Shown here piece after piece: positions 13,404 through 25,534 of a stretch of DNA of 64,000 nt (position 1 is its first letter; the number at the start of each line of letters is the position of its first letter). The stretch is from NCBI GenBank assembly GCA_965112735.1, contig OZ218953.1, positions 3,410,001-3,474,000 on the forward strand, written 5' to 3'. The translations under genes were made by a program, and so were the position numbers. The notes below the pieces were generated by a model. The model made no database searches and was not told where the DNA came from. It was given only the letters and a program-made list of their open reading frames with translations. This DNA comes from Phaeosaccion multiseriatum. Its lineage: Eukaryota; Protista; Ochrophyta, other classes.

Positions 13404-13845
13404 GTAGGGCCCGCATGGCCCTCACCCCTCCTCCATAGAACTGAACTTGATAGAGGTTGCAGAAGGCAACGATGCCGGTATTCGACTTGTCTCGACGAGG
13501 GCAACACGATGCGCATGTTCAAACTCGCTAAAACAGTAGTTTGGGGTGGAAAGGGGGGTGTGTGTCTAAAACGGTGGTGTCTTTAAGGTGAGTGAGCGTT
13601 CTCACTGTCGAGGTTCGGATTTTGGAACGCCACGTGACATAATGTTGAGTTGAGCCCCCTGCTTGATGTGTTTTGACGTAACTTGGGGCAAAGACGTTCA
13701 AAGTCGGGTCCCAGCCCGACATGACCACTTCACCACACGGGCACAGGGCAATCACAACTCCCCCATCTTTTTTCTTTTATTTTTTGTAATGTACATGACA
13801 TACTGTACATGCATATATCGAAATAACGCTACTACACACTTGTCA

Positions 13846-16127
13846 TCAGGACGCAGGGGGGGGTTCAGCTGAGGCAGGCTTGTTTCTCCGCGCCGACCAC
13901 GCTAATGCCACTCCCAGCCCAGCAGCCACGCTGCCGCCCACGAGCATTGTGATGCTCAATGCCGACACTTGTTCGTCGTCGCCGCCGCTGGGCCCTGACC
14001 GCAGGACCTCCTGCTGCTCCTCCTCAGCCTCCCCTGGTGAGGCCGCGGCACTGCCTTCACTCCCTCCCATTGGAGTGGGCGGGTCTGTTGGAGCTGTCGC
14101 TGGTGCGAATGTGGTGGCCTCTGCGGCTCCTTCTACTTGTTCCTCTCCTCCTTCTATTCCTTCTGTTCCGTCCTCTCCTCCCTCCTCCTGCTCCTCGTCC
14201 ACACACACGTGTCCAGGGCAGGTGATGATGGTGCCGCAATGCTCCGTGGGGTAGGCTTCAAGGTATCGGGCGACGCCATCCGTGGTAAAGCACCCTCGGC
14301 ATGTTGGGCCAAGGCCAAACATTCCGCACCACCTGTAACCGAAAACAAAAAGAGTAAATCAATCAGTGAAGTCAGTCACCACCAACAAATTAAGGTTATA
14401 CGAAGAAAAAAATCCACACCACTTACAGGCCTCCCACGGGGTTGGCGAAGATGTCCAGACAGCGCTCGTCGCAAAAGAGGCCCATGTCCCTGTCGGCAAG
14501 CACGTCCAAGTCGGCCGCGGACAGGAGGGCGGTGTCGCATCTGCACCCCTCGTCGCCCTCCACGGCTTGGAGGCCCTGTCCGGCAATGATGAAAGGGTCC
14601 TCTGAGTCCCCGGCCATGAAGATTGGCACCTTGGCCTCGGCCGGCTGATCGGCTTGGCACAGGTTCATCTCGGAGAGCGAAGTGGAGGGAAACTCGGCGA
14701 GCTGCCTTGCGGCCCCTGCCTCTGAGAAGCACGACCGGCACGACTGGTCCAGGTCAAAGACCTTGCACCCCCTGCGAGTGTGGAGCAAGAGAGAGAGAGA
14801 GAGAGAGAGTTGGTTTCCGAAGGCTTGAGGCTTCCGCGGGAAAGGAGTTGGCTTCAAAACCGCAGAAGAGGGCTTGTTGAGGCGCCCACACTCCGTCAGT
14901 CAGTCATTAGCTTCTTCCCCTTTCCGTTTCCAGCCAAAACAAGCGAACCACAGGGCAGCCCACACTCCGTCAGTCAGTCATTAGCTTCTTCCCCTTTCCG
15001 ATCTTCCAGCCAAAATAAGCGAACCACAGGGGAAGCCCACACTCGTCGACTTACACTCCTCCATAATTGGGGCTATCCGCGTAGCACTGGAGGTCGCATT
15101 CCATCTCCTTGAAGCCTTGGGTGAGCTCCTTTCGCTGCTCCTCCGTGATGCCCTCGCAGCACGTGCGCAGAGGGTCCGGCAGGTCTCCTTCCTCGCACAC
15201 ATCGAGCCTGTCGTGGCAGCAGTCTCCCTTCTCCTCGCAGTTGTCATCGCTGGGGTAACGGGGGGCATTCATTCGGGTCATTTGTTTCGTCTCGCGGACG
15301 GGGTCGGCAGGAAGGGCAGTACTGTGACTCACCACCAGCAGCCTCCATCCGACTGGCCTCCGCAATGGCCCGCACAGGATGGGGCGACGCAGACGTCCTC
15401 GTAATCAGAGCTGGTGACGGGGGAAAGAAGGGCAGTTAGAAGCGGACAATGCGCAAAGAGAGGCGAACACAAACGCACTTACCAACAATCGTTGAGCTCG
15501 ATGCATGTAGCGTCACTTTGGAGCACAGAATAAGCATGGTGGTCATTAGACTCCCTCAGGAAGGGATGATACATGAACATACGCCCCGTCTTACCAGAAG
15601 CAAAGCGTCAGAGACTGCTGCCCACATAGGCCTCCAGCGCATGTGCCCTCTGCATCGCACGCTTCCACAATGTCATTGCTGTTCAAGAACAAACAACACA
15701 CAAGGCTCATAAGTCACCAGCAGCAACAGCAGAACATGCTGCCCACTTACCAGCAGTCGTTGAACGTGTGGCAGTCGTTCATGCTGTCGTATCGCGTGGG
15801 AAGCAAGCAAGGCAAAAAGAGTAAGTAACGGCCAGCCAGCGGCAAGGCCAGAGAAAGAAAACACACAGCACAAGAAGAGCAATGAGACGGTCTGAGGTCT
15901 TGGGTTGCTCACTGCATTCGCAAAAAAATAAGGCTTGCGACAAATGCAACGGGGGGGAGGTAAGCAACTGCTGAACACAACACGTACCAGCTGCAGTCTC
16001 CCGCGATCCCACCGCATAGTCCGTGACAGCTTGACGCTCCTTCACTCGAAGTCAAAGCAAGCGAGCATATACAGCAGAAGGAGAAGATGCCTAGCAGCAG
16101 CACGACGAGCTGCATCGTCGGCATCAT
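13846..16127 (-). CDS. Type I membrane protein: signal peptide, three somatomedin-B-like domains, two further Cys-rich modules, acidic/Pro-rich stalk, TM helix
   Basis: Spliced repeats: SCHGLCGGIAGDCSCMNDCHTFNDCCNDIVEAC, TCAGGLCGQQSLTLCFCDATCIELNDCCSDYEDVC and SCAGHCGGQSDGGCWCDDNCEEKGDCCHDRLDVC (8-Cys SMB pattern). C-terminal TM ITMLVGGSVAAGLGVALAW followed by RR. Confidence 0.8.
14884..15044. repeat. ~75-bp intronic tandem duplication (2+ copies)
   Basis: gcccacactccgtcagtcagtcattagcttcttcccctttccg...aagcgaaccacaggg occurs twice. Confidence 0.85.
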
Positions 16128-16417
16128 ACCCGCGATTCGGCGTGGTAATTTTTTGTTCGGGGGTACACCAGCCAAAGAAATCAGCGCTGCTGGAGCACAG
16201 TGGCACAGCTCTTGCCCCTGTCAAGCACCATGTGTACAGCCCACGTCCCTGCCGAACGCACCACTCACTACCTACAGACAGAATTTCTCCTTTCGTGGGC
16301 GGATGGACGGCAATTTTGACCGAGGAGAGTGAGGGACGGAACGGCTGAAACTCAAACCCAGAAATGTGTGGGCGCGTGCAAAAACGCCCAACGATATCTG
16401 TGAAGGTCTCAAAGGTG

Positions 16418-16610
16418 CTTGGTATGTTCGAATCCGGATTGCCGTTGTCAGTGGAAATTGGGCTCGAGCTGCATGAACGGTTAATCTCGCAGGAGGAGGA
16501 TAGATAAGAGAGAAAGGAAGGAGATAAAGGAAAAAAATGCGCTCGACATACGATACGAATCTGGGTTTTGTGGCTGGTCCCACATCTTAGGATCTTAGGT
16601 GGCTCAGGAC
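16418..16610 (-). mobile_element. LTR 3' portion plus tRNA primer-binding site (family A, copy 1)
   Basis: Inverted, diverged homologue of 17277-17629. The minus strand ends ...tttCCA-c-TGACAACGGCAATCCGGATTCGAAC. Confidence 0.6.
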
Positions 16611-16790
16611 GACTATCTTGAACAACAAGTTTAGGCCTCCAAGTTTAATGGCCATGGGGACTCAACCTCAGCATCGATCTCAGCCCTCTTGAACAATTTA
16701 CTCTTCTTTCCATCGAGTCTTTCCCGTCTATCGTCTCTTCTCGGAAATCGATTGCTGGCCTTCTCTCTCTCTCTCCCTGTTCATCACTTA

Positions 16791-16947
16791 TGCTGTGCCC
16801 ACAAGCTCTACAAGGGGTTTAGAGATTACTGCACTGGCTCTGTGCCAATATGTGAAGCCTCTTATTAAAATCTTGTAGCCACCTATACTAAACATAGCCC
16901 TTTTTAACCCCGGGCAAGTATCGATATCGACCTAGACCCAGACAGCA
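16791..16947. mobile_element. Internally deleted copy of a dispersed ~240-bp TG...CA element (solo LTR or MITE)
   Basis: Both ends match 33710-33947. Termini TGCTGT...ACAGCA. Confidence 0.7.
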
Positions 16948-17181
16948 CACAACATATCAACATCAAAGCACGTACGATCCCTATCTCTGGGTTGTCCTGT
17001 GTGTGTGTTGGCGACTCCACACATAGGGCAGCTCACACAGTGTGGTCGCAGAAGGGCACTTCCACAGAACATGAGTCTAATGTACGATACTCGGAACCCT
17101 GTAGTTCACAGCTGGCTGGCAATTTAGTGTGGCGTACCCCAATTGCCTTCTCTTCTCTTTGATCTGAGTCCATCTACATTG

Positions 17182-17629
17182 TGTGGGTTGACGCTGTGCA
17201 ATCGCCACCGTTCTAGTCTTTGTCTGCTACAGCCACGCAACACCAACAAAAGGAAATCCCTCAGCTTCCACCAAGTTGAGCCACCTGAGATGTGGGACAG
17301 ACCACACACCCCAGACAACCAACAAGCAAAGGGATTCCTATCCTATGTTGAGAGTGTATTAGCTTTCTTCTTCTATCTCACTTCCTATCTATCCTCCTCC
17401 TGCGACATGCCGTTCATATGAGGTGCGCATTCCCCATGTGGGTTGACGACTAGGCCCCTGAGCCACCCAAGACGACCAGCCACACCTCGAAGGGGGATGG
17501 TATCCTCTCTCTCTCTCTCTAGCTTTCTTTTATCTATCTCTCTCTCTTATGTATTCTCCACTTGTAATAACCGTTCGTATGAGGCGTACGTTCCCCAACT
17601 GGCGGCAATCCGGATTCGAACATGCCAAG
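17182..17629 (+). mobile_element. Two head-to-tail LTR-like units (17182-17436, 17437-17597) followed by a tRNA primer-binding site (family A)
   Basis: Both units start TGTGGGTTGACG and end ccgttcRtatgagg..ttccccA. After a 2-nt spacer comes TGGCGGCAATCCGGATTCGAAC, the complement of a tRNA 3' end including the T-loop. Confidence 0.65.
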
Positions 17630-17843
17630 ACTCCACACTCGGTAGTATCCACGGTTTAGCTATAGAAAGCTACTTCGTACGGCTCGCAAAAATGTATGGA
17701 AGGGACTGTGGTAGAATGGTTAATATTCGTCGTTCGGGTGGCTGAAACCCATTTATCTCCCGGGAAAAATCGAGACTCGACGAGGTCCGCGTTCGATTCG
17801 CGGCAGTCCCCGTTTAGCATATTTTTTATGCTGTTTTTTTGCT

Positions 17844-17874
<31 letters not shown>

Positions 17875-20077
17875 CTTCCCTCGGCTCTTGATCCCTTCTT
17901 CTCCTGTGAGCTTCTATCGGCAGTGTGCTGTGCTCACGACCTCTCGAAGGGGTTTAAAGGCTACTGAAGCCTCGTATTGTCTTTAAGGCCTGCTTTCCCG
18001 TGCCCCCCGGGGTTCGATTTTTTCCACTTTTCGGGCCCCCTGGGGTTCGATTTTTTCTATTTTTTTTTTTGGGGTTCCCCCCGGGGGGAGCTTTATCATT
18101 GACATGCTTTCCATTTCTCTTTCTCCTTTCTCCCCTTCCTCCCCCTTTTTCCCTGTGTATACTGTTACTGAGTACGTCTCGGAAGATCTTTCTCTCTAGA
18201 GTCAGCGGGGCGCCAGCGGCTTGGCGTTCACGAAGCATGGCTACAATACCAGAACGACGGTTGGAGCAAGGGGTGCAGCGTCGTGGTAGCCAGAGCAGTT
18301 GCACATAGTCTACCGCAGTGTCCCAGCTGAATCTCATCTCCCGACAGGCAGGGATGGCGGTTGGACCACAGGAGCACCAACGACGGCTGCTGCTGGTGCT
18401 CCTGCTGGCTCGTGTACTCGTCCGCTTGCTGCCGCGGCCAGCCTTGACTGCTGCTGCCGTTGTCAGGGAGGGGGGAAGGGTTCTGAAGCTACATGATCTT
18501 ATGTCCCCCCATGGCTCGTCCCTTGTTGAAGCTCAAGTAGCTGTGGGTAACTTCCTTCGCTGCATCAGACCCGCCCGGAGCTCGACGTCCATGGAACAGA
18601 CCAAGCTTTCTACCTCCGCCTGAATTCAGTCCCGTGTACTCCTCTGCTCACCATGTACATACGGGCAAGGCCAAGATTGGCACAGGGGAGAGGGACAGGG
18701 CAGCGAGAGGTATGGGACAGCGTGGGGGCGAGGGAGGGAGCGAGGGAATGAGTGAGAGGGTGGGCGACAAAGGGGACGGCAAGACAAATGGTGAGCGAGG
18801 GAGGGAGTGAGTGAGGGAGTAGCGAAGTGATGGGTGGGTGAGAGAGTTGTATTTTGAGGTAGAGAGGAAGTGAGTGAATGAGTGGGCGATTCGTTTGGGG
18901 AGAGACGGCGTGCGTGCGCGCGCGATTGAGGGAGTGGGTGAATGAAGGAGAGGTGAGAAGGGGAGGGAGCTCCCGTTCTCAATCCCTCGCTTGCATACTC
19001 ACTCACTCACTCACGACCGTATTCACTCGCTCGCTCCGTCACTCTCATCCACTCGCTACTTCACCCACACACACTCCCTCACTCCATCCCTCTCTCCCTT
19101 TGCATCAGTCTCCCTCGACCTGTCTCTCCCTCCCTCCCCCCCCTCGCCCCTTCCACCTCTCGCTGTCATTCCCTGTCCCAGTCAAGCGCTATGGCGGGAG
19201 CTCCGTTTCAAGAGGCTGTGGGGGGCATGTCCTGCGCGGCGTTGCGCCAGTGCGGTTATCGTACACCGAGGAGACCCAGATATTCCCTGCCCCTCAACGA
19301 CAAGCGCGAGCTGCACCTGCCCTTCGCTCAAGGTGTTCTTCTCACCAGCCATGGACAAGGTAAGAGGGTAAGAGGCACCCGTGGTGTCTGGCTGGGTGTG
19401 ACCGTCCACTCCGTGAATGAGCGAGGTGGCGTGGTGATTGATGGAGAGCGCGTGCGAGTCGGCACGGTCAGGCACAGGGGGGCCGAGATGAGGAGCTAAC
19501 TGAGTAGGGTGGGTGGGTTGGTATGTGTGGTTGTGGCGAGAAGGTGCATTGCAAGGCAGGAGGTGGAGACGAAAGGTTGAGGCTGCTTTGCTCTCGTTGT
19601 GGTGGGGCTACGGCGGGCGCGGGGGGGGGGCTTAGAATACCGCAAGTCGGCACCAGACAGGCCACGCTTGTGGCGAAGCCATACGATATGGATGGTGACA
19701 GCAATATAAGCCTAATACAAGCCTTATCCAAGCCGCCTTGTATAAGTGTTCTGTAAGCCCTTATACAAGGGACTTCATTTTTCTGATGCCCACAGTTTGA
19801 TCAAATAGCATATCAATGGCCCGCCTTTGGCTCTGGCGGATTGGTAGGGAGACACTGTATTACCAGTAGTGCCATCGCAGTTTTTAGGGAGAGGCCATCG
19901 TCGTGCCTGACTGACAGTCTCATTGCCCTATCTACTGACTGCCTCACTGACTGACTTGCAGGTGATTGCGAGTTCACAGACATGGACCTGGGCGGTCTTG
20001 GAGCGGGCCCCGGGCGGACACGGCCCATGACCCCAAGCAATGTCCTCTCTGAGCTCGCAGCTGCTCAGCCTCTCTCA

Positions 20078-20226
20078 GGTCAGTCAGTCAGATAGTCCGT
20101 CGGTCAGTCGGTCAGTGGGACAGTGAGTAAGTTACTCAGTCAGTCGGTCAGTCAGTCGGTCAGTCAGTCAGTCAGTCAGTCGGTCAGGCAGTCTGCCAGG
20201 CACCCCCGCCAGGCAGTCGGTCAGGC
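20078..20226. repeat. Imperfect (GTCA)n microsatellite
   Basis: Direct inspection of the sequence. Confidence 0.85.
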
Positions 20227-20906
20227 AGTGGGTCCATGACTGAGTCACACCCCCAATCTATGAGTCTCTGTCTCCTCCGTCTGCTACCATCCTCTCTATA
20301 CTAGTCCGACCAAGGTTTGGAGTGCGAGTGGACGACGAGTCAGACTGTGGGCGGAGGAGGAGGGGCAGGGGGGCTCCCCAGTAGCATGGGTCAAGAACGG
20401 CAGCGCGCAGGTGGGGCCGCAGGACTTTAGCTGGAGACAAACCCAGCAAGGAGGGGGAGGAGGAGGCTGTGGGCAGTACCACGGCGTACCTTTCCCAGCC
20501 AGAGCCAGGACACCTCCTTGCTCTTGCGTAACATTGGCGGAGACAGCGGTGCCGGCGGTGGTGGAGGCGTGACGGGGCGGCGCTACACAGCAGTCGCATG
20601 GAGGGGGGTGGTACGGGCGAAGGCGCCACGGCAAAGGACGGAAGACCGCCGAAGGGCGCCATGTTCTGGTACGTTAGGGTTCGTGAGATGTTACATATGT
20701 AGAGGTGGATTGGGTGGACCTGTGACCTGTTTCGATGGTTCAAACACTTGTTTGGATGGAGGCGGGGGGGAGGGGAGGTTGTCACACGCACCGGTTGTAG
20801 AATAGTGCAGAGTACGCTGTTCTAGTACAAGCAGTTTGCGTAAAGTGGCACTCAAGTGAATTTTTGCCCTCCCTCCCTCCCTCCCCCTCCTTTTGTCCGC
20901 ACGCAG

Positions 20907-22249
20907 GCGGTTTCGGCAGGGGGAGCTCCCGGACATTGAGATTCCTCTCAGGGACATACTAAAGCCCCTGCAGCACCTCGCCATGCTCCATGGAGGAGTG
21001 GCAAAGGAGCTCTTTGTGCAGTACTTCAGCCGTCTATACGTCCGGGGGAGGAGGAGGAAGCGCGCTTCCAGGTGTGGGGACGGGGCGTGAGCAGCACCAG
21101 CAGGATCAGCAGTTGGTGGTACAGCAGCAGCAGTTGGTGATACACCAGCATGAAGGAGCACACAAAGCTCGTGGGGTGCCTGCTCGCGGCGTGCCGGGCG
21201 GTGGCGACGCTTTCTGTGTCACCAACTGCTGTTGCTACGACTGCTGCTGCTCCTGCTGCCCCCATGCCGTTGCGTTTACCTCCTTCGCTCATTGCCAACT
21301 CGGCTATTCGGAGTCTGAATTGCCACTCCGGCCCCAGCATCGTGGCCAAGCAGGCCAAGCAGCAGAGGAGCATGACCACAGCAAGGGGGAGAGGGAGTAC
21401 GGGGGCAGTGCACATCACGTCCAAGAGGGGTGGTGGAGGTGGAGGCGGAGGTGGTGCGGTTGGTGATACAGAGGCCGGCGAGGAGAAGCAGGACGAAATC
21501 GTCGTGGCTGGAGCTGAGCAGACTGTACGCTGAACTGGGGGAGAAGGAGGTCTTGTTAGGGTTGTCTGCAAGGGCGAGCACTGTAGAGGAGACGCGCAGG
21601 GGACTGGACTGCGAGCTGCGGGGAGGACTTGAAGGGCGCCATGAAGACGTATAACCAATTGGTGGCGGATACGGCTCGCCGCCTCGAGGAACAAGAGCAG
21701 GAGGAGGAGCAGGAGGGAGGGGAGAGGTGGTGGCGACCCAGACGGAGCTGGGTATGTGGGATCTGCGAACGCTGGAGGTAGGTGGGTCATTGGGTGTGGG
21801 TGGATGGGTGGGTGGGTGGGTTGGTGGATGGACGGGTCGGTGGGTGGGTAGTCAAGTCAATCATTCAATCATTCAGTCAGGTGTGCTTTCAGTCACCGCT
21901 ACACCTGTGTACCCAACCTCTGTACCAATCTATATGCACCGCTTCCCGCGATGAAAGAGGTACGTTCCCTGCCCATACACCTCTAACCCCCTTCACGTAC
22001 ACCCACTCTATATACCCAATTTGACCCACTTGCAGGAGGCGGTGGAGGCAATGTGCAAGGACGTGCCCATGTGGGACCTTTCTCGCCGCGACTCGCACCT
22101 TCCCTACTTCGTCTGGGCACTGCTATACAGCGAGGGGCACCACAGACAATGTCGCCGGAGCGGTAGCAGAGCGGGCGGATTTTCCCATCGGGGCGACATG
22201 GCAAGAGCAGCCAGAGGTGCACATCGCAAACACGCTCTTGAGGTTCGCG
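20907..22249 (+). pseudogene. PRKDC: Decayed internal fragment of DNA-dependent protein kinase catalytic subunit (region entering the FAT domain), introns retained
   Basis: RFRQGELPDIEIPLRDILKPLQHLA..VAKELFVQYFSRL (cf. YRHGDLPDIQI..LITPLQAVA..IAKQLFSSLF), SWLELSRLYAELGEKEVLLGL, ELGMWDLRTLE and HLPYFV. Frameshifts and stops are present; no start and no kinase domain. Confidence 0.8.
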
Positions 22250-22409
22250 GTGAGTGAATGAGTGAGGGAGGGGATGGATGGAGGGAGGGACGGAGGGGGA
22301 GGTTTGGGGCTCTAAGGAGCAGCACCAACTGTGACGTGAAGTGACCCAGTGAGTGAAGCCCACTGTTGAAAGTCAGTATTATGTCAATGGCCCAGGCCCA
22401 GGCAGATAC

Positions 22410-22680
22410 GGTGAGAAACGGTGCGTGGCCCGTTTCTCAGCGGCAGCAGCCAACAGCGAGACCCGTAAGGAGCGGCACTATGCCAACACCTCCGACCGAG
22501 AGCGTGTTCGCCTCACCATCTTCGCCATCGAGACCCACGGACGACTCGACGCCCAGGCGCAATCACTCCTACACGCACTCGCCGAGCACGTGGTCTCCCG
22601 CACGGGCCGCACCGGCTCCTCCACCACCAAGGGCCACGTCCTGACCAGGCTTCTGTGGCTCTCGCTGACGAGACGGCGCC
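22410..22680 (+). mobile_element. 3'-terminal fragment of an RLE-type (CRE/R2-like) non-LTR retrotransposon ORF
   Basis: AAAANSETRKERHY...LTIFAIETHGRLDAQAQSLLHALA fits the e..K..kY / f.pfa.Et.G restriction-like endonuclease tail. Confidence 0.65.
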
Positions 22681-23317
22681 TTCCTGGCCCGGCTCAACCG
22701 CCGCGCCGGATCAGCACTTTGCCACATGAGGGACCGAGACAAGAGAGAAAAAAAAAGACCCTATTCCTGAAGGATGTTCCCCACGACGTGAAGGAACTTG
22801 CCTACAACGATGTCCACCGCTGGTACCAGCAAGGAAGGACTGAAGGCTGTCTTGGCCGAGCCAAGGGGAGAGGCACCAAGGTGAGCGACAGCAACATGTG
22901 AAGCTTGGAACGACCTTCTGAGTTTCTTTGTCTCATCCTTGCTTGTTCTTCGTCTTGTCATGGCAGGCTTAACGTGAAGGGGCTATCTGATGGATATTGA
23001 GAGCATTGGGAAGGACCTTCCAGCCGGCCGCGTGGAATGACTTCCAGCGGGCGACGAATGGCGACCACAAGACTTTCAGGAGAACTGAAAGAAAGGGAGA
23101 CTGAGATGCAGATGTCTGCTGATGATCTGATGGGACCTCTGACATCGAGCCTGGTGGTAGTGGACATGACGGCCACCCTGAGGAGAGGGGCAGAGCCACG
23201 ACATTTGATGGAGGGCAGCAGAAGGGACCACTCTCACGTGCAACATAGGGAGACGTGGAGGCAGGAGCGAGTGCCACCACCACAACCACGAGTACCAACA
23301 GCTTCAGCAGTATTAGC

Positions 23318-23352
<35 letters not shown>

Positions 23353-23690
23353 CAGCATCAGCATCAGCAGCAGCAGCAGCAGGCAGCAGCAGCAGCAGCG
23401 ACGAGGACGAGGATGAGGAGGATGCTGCTGCGAAGGCACGAACAGCAGCAGCTGAAGCAGCAGCAGTAGCAGCAGCAGCATGGAGGAATCTCCTGACGGG
23501 TGGCACGAAACCCCGAGAGGTAAACTCTTCGACACTTGTGCCACAGCCGCCTGCGGTCGCGACTGCAGCAACAGCCATTGACCTTCGGAGTGTGAAGGAT
23601 GCAAAGGGGAGGCCGCTGTCGAAGCGAGCACGGCAAGCTTTGGCGCAGAGGCGCACCAGCGTGCCATCCCCTCCATCAACAATGGCTGCA

Positions 23691-25534
23691 TTAGCGGGAC
23701 AGCAGCCACAATGTAGACGGCGATACGATGTCGAGGGGTCGACAGAGAAGGAACACATGGGCAAGGCTGTATCTGCTGTGAAGAATGAAAAAGGCGGCGC
23801 AGCAGTATGGAATCACCAAGACTGCTCTGGAGTATAGGTGCAAAGGACGGGTTACTTCTGTGGCTGTTGGTGGGAAGGGCAATCAAGCCCTGTGTGCCTC
23901 AACCGAAGAGGCACTGGTGAGCTTCCGCGGCTTTGGGGTTGACTGGAACCATGTAGGCACCCTGGCCAGGAGTATGGCCTATGCATTGGGAGTTGCTTCA
24001 TTCGTGGCATCAGGAGGCTGGCTGCAGGGCTTCAAGCGCCGCCACCCAAAGTAATATGACGCAGCGAGCCCAGCCCCTTGAGCTCACGAGGGCGCGGGGC
24101 TGCAACGACAAGACAAGGAAGGAGTATCTAGACGAGTTCCTACCTAGGTGAGTCCACATTCGTGGAGGGCAGGATAGCGCCCCGCCCCCCCGCGGCCCCC
24201 AAAGTGACTGGAGAGGGGGGTTGGGGTAGGGACAGGACAGAGGAGAGGCGCGTGCGACAGGGAGAGGGCATAGGGAGAGGGAGAGTGAGGGGGCGAGGGC
24301 GAGGAAGAGGGGGAAGGAGGGAGAGAGTGTGAGGGAGACGGAGGGGGAGAGGGGAAGAGAGAGGGAGAGGAAGATGGAGAGGGCAGAGGGCAGAGAGAGA
24401 GAAAGGCCTGTACTCTCCCCCACCAAATGACTTCATCCATCCTTTCCCATTGTCCTCCGTATCGCCACGACAATAATTGTTCTCTGCCTCGCTTGCTTGT
24501 CTCCCCTTCCTTCCCCTCCCCTTCTCAGTATGTTGGCAAAGCTGGCTGTGGCATCTGGGTGTGAGGTGGAGGACCTCCAACCGGTGCAGTTCTGGAACAG
24601 CGATGAGGCAGGTATGAATACACAGCGCGGTGTCATGACCGTTGTTGCCCAGAAGGGGCGCGACCATGTGTCAATGACAGCTCAGGAGCGATCAAGTCAC
24701 GTCACTCTTGTCGGTGCTGTCGATGCCGCTGGTGGATGCATGAGCCCGTTCTTCGTCATTGCTGGAGCACGGAGGCAGGCACACATTGCCAATGCGGACG
24801 CATCACCTGGCTCTGACTTGGAACAGTCCTTGCCCGCCACAGCAGAGATCCATTACACGGAGAACGGATACGTCACCGACGAGCTCGTTCTTCATCAAGC
24901 AGAAGCGAGCCCGCATGCAAGAGCTGGCGGGGCGCGATATGCCGATTTTGCTCCTGATGGATGGCTATGGTTCGCACACGATGACCCCGGATGCTCTTCA
25001 CGCTTTGCGCGAAGCGGGCATTATCTGCGCATGCATCGGGGGAGTTCCAACCTCTGGACGTCAAAAGTCTTTCGCCCTTTCAAGTCCGGTCTTAGGAGCG
25101 GTCTCTCGGCCTGGCAGCGACTCTTCAACAGAGAGAACATGAGCCGGCTGGAGCTTCTTGTTCTGGCCTCCGAGGCTCAAGGGGTGAGTCACAAGTCGGA
25201 AATCACCAAGTCCGGATTCAAGGTGACAGGCTTTTACCCGCCCATGTCTTTCGCCGACTTCACCAGCGGAAGGGCCCCTACTGAAGGGTCCATCAGCAAG
25301 GCCTTTGCTGACGTCACACGGGCCAGTGTAGACGCCAAGGCATCGCAATTGCAGGAGATGACAAAGGCTTTCGACGCGAACATGCTTCAGCGAGTGGGCT
25401 CTTCGTCCTTCGCAGCCGACAGGGTTAAACACCCCCTGCTGGACCTTACACCTGCGCAGGCCCACGAAGGCACAGGAGCAGCTCATGACGGACGATGTGG
25501 CAGCTGTGCAGCACCTCCTTCTCCTTCCTCATGA
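23691..25534 (+). mobile_element. Degenerate pogo/Fot1-Tigger-like (Tc1/mariner superfamily) transposase: HTH_psq + CENP-B HTH + DDE_1, with one intron
   Basis: KAAQQYGITKTAL, ASGGWLQGFKRRHP, FWNSDEAG, VTLVGAVDAAG..SPFFVI, TENGYVT, ILLLMDGYGSH and FQPLDVK-VFRPFK. Several frameshifts and a stop. Intron ~24148-24528. Confidence 0.88.

Noticed and set aside
16418-17629. Single 1.2-kb TIR DNA transposon
   Set aside because: No TSD, and the apparent TIRs are better explained as two oppositely oriented LTR+PBS ends.
19737-19770. ccttgtataag/cttatacaagg hairpin as a Helitron 3' end explaining gene capture
   Set aside because: AT-rich stem and no CTRR terminus just downstream.
18200-20650. Several exon-like fragments with splice signals
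   Set aside because: Interrupted by stops and frameshifts, with no recognisable family. Left unannotated pending BLASTx.
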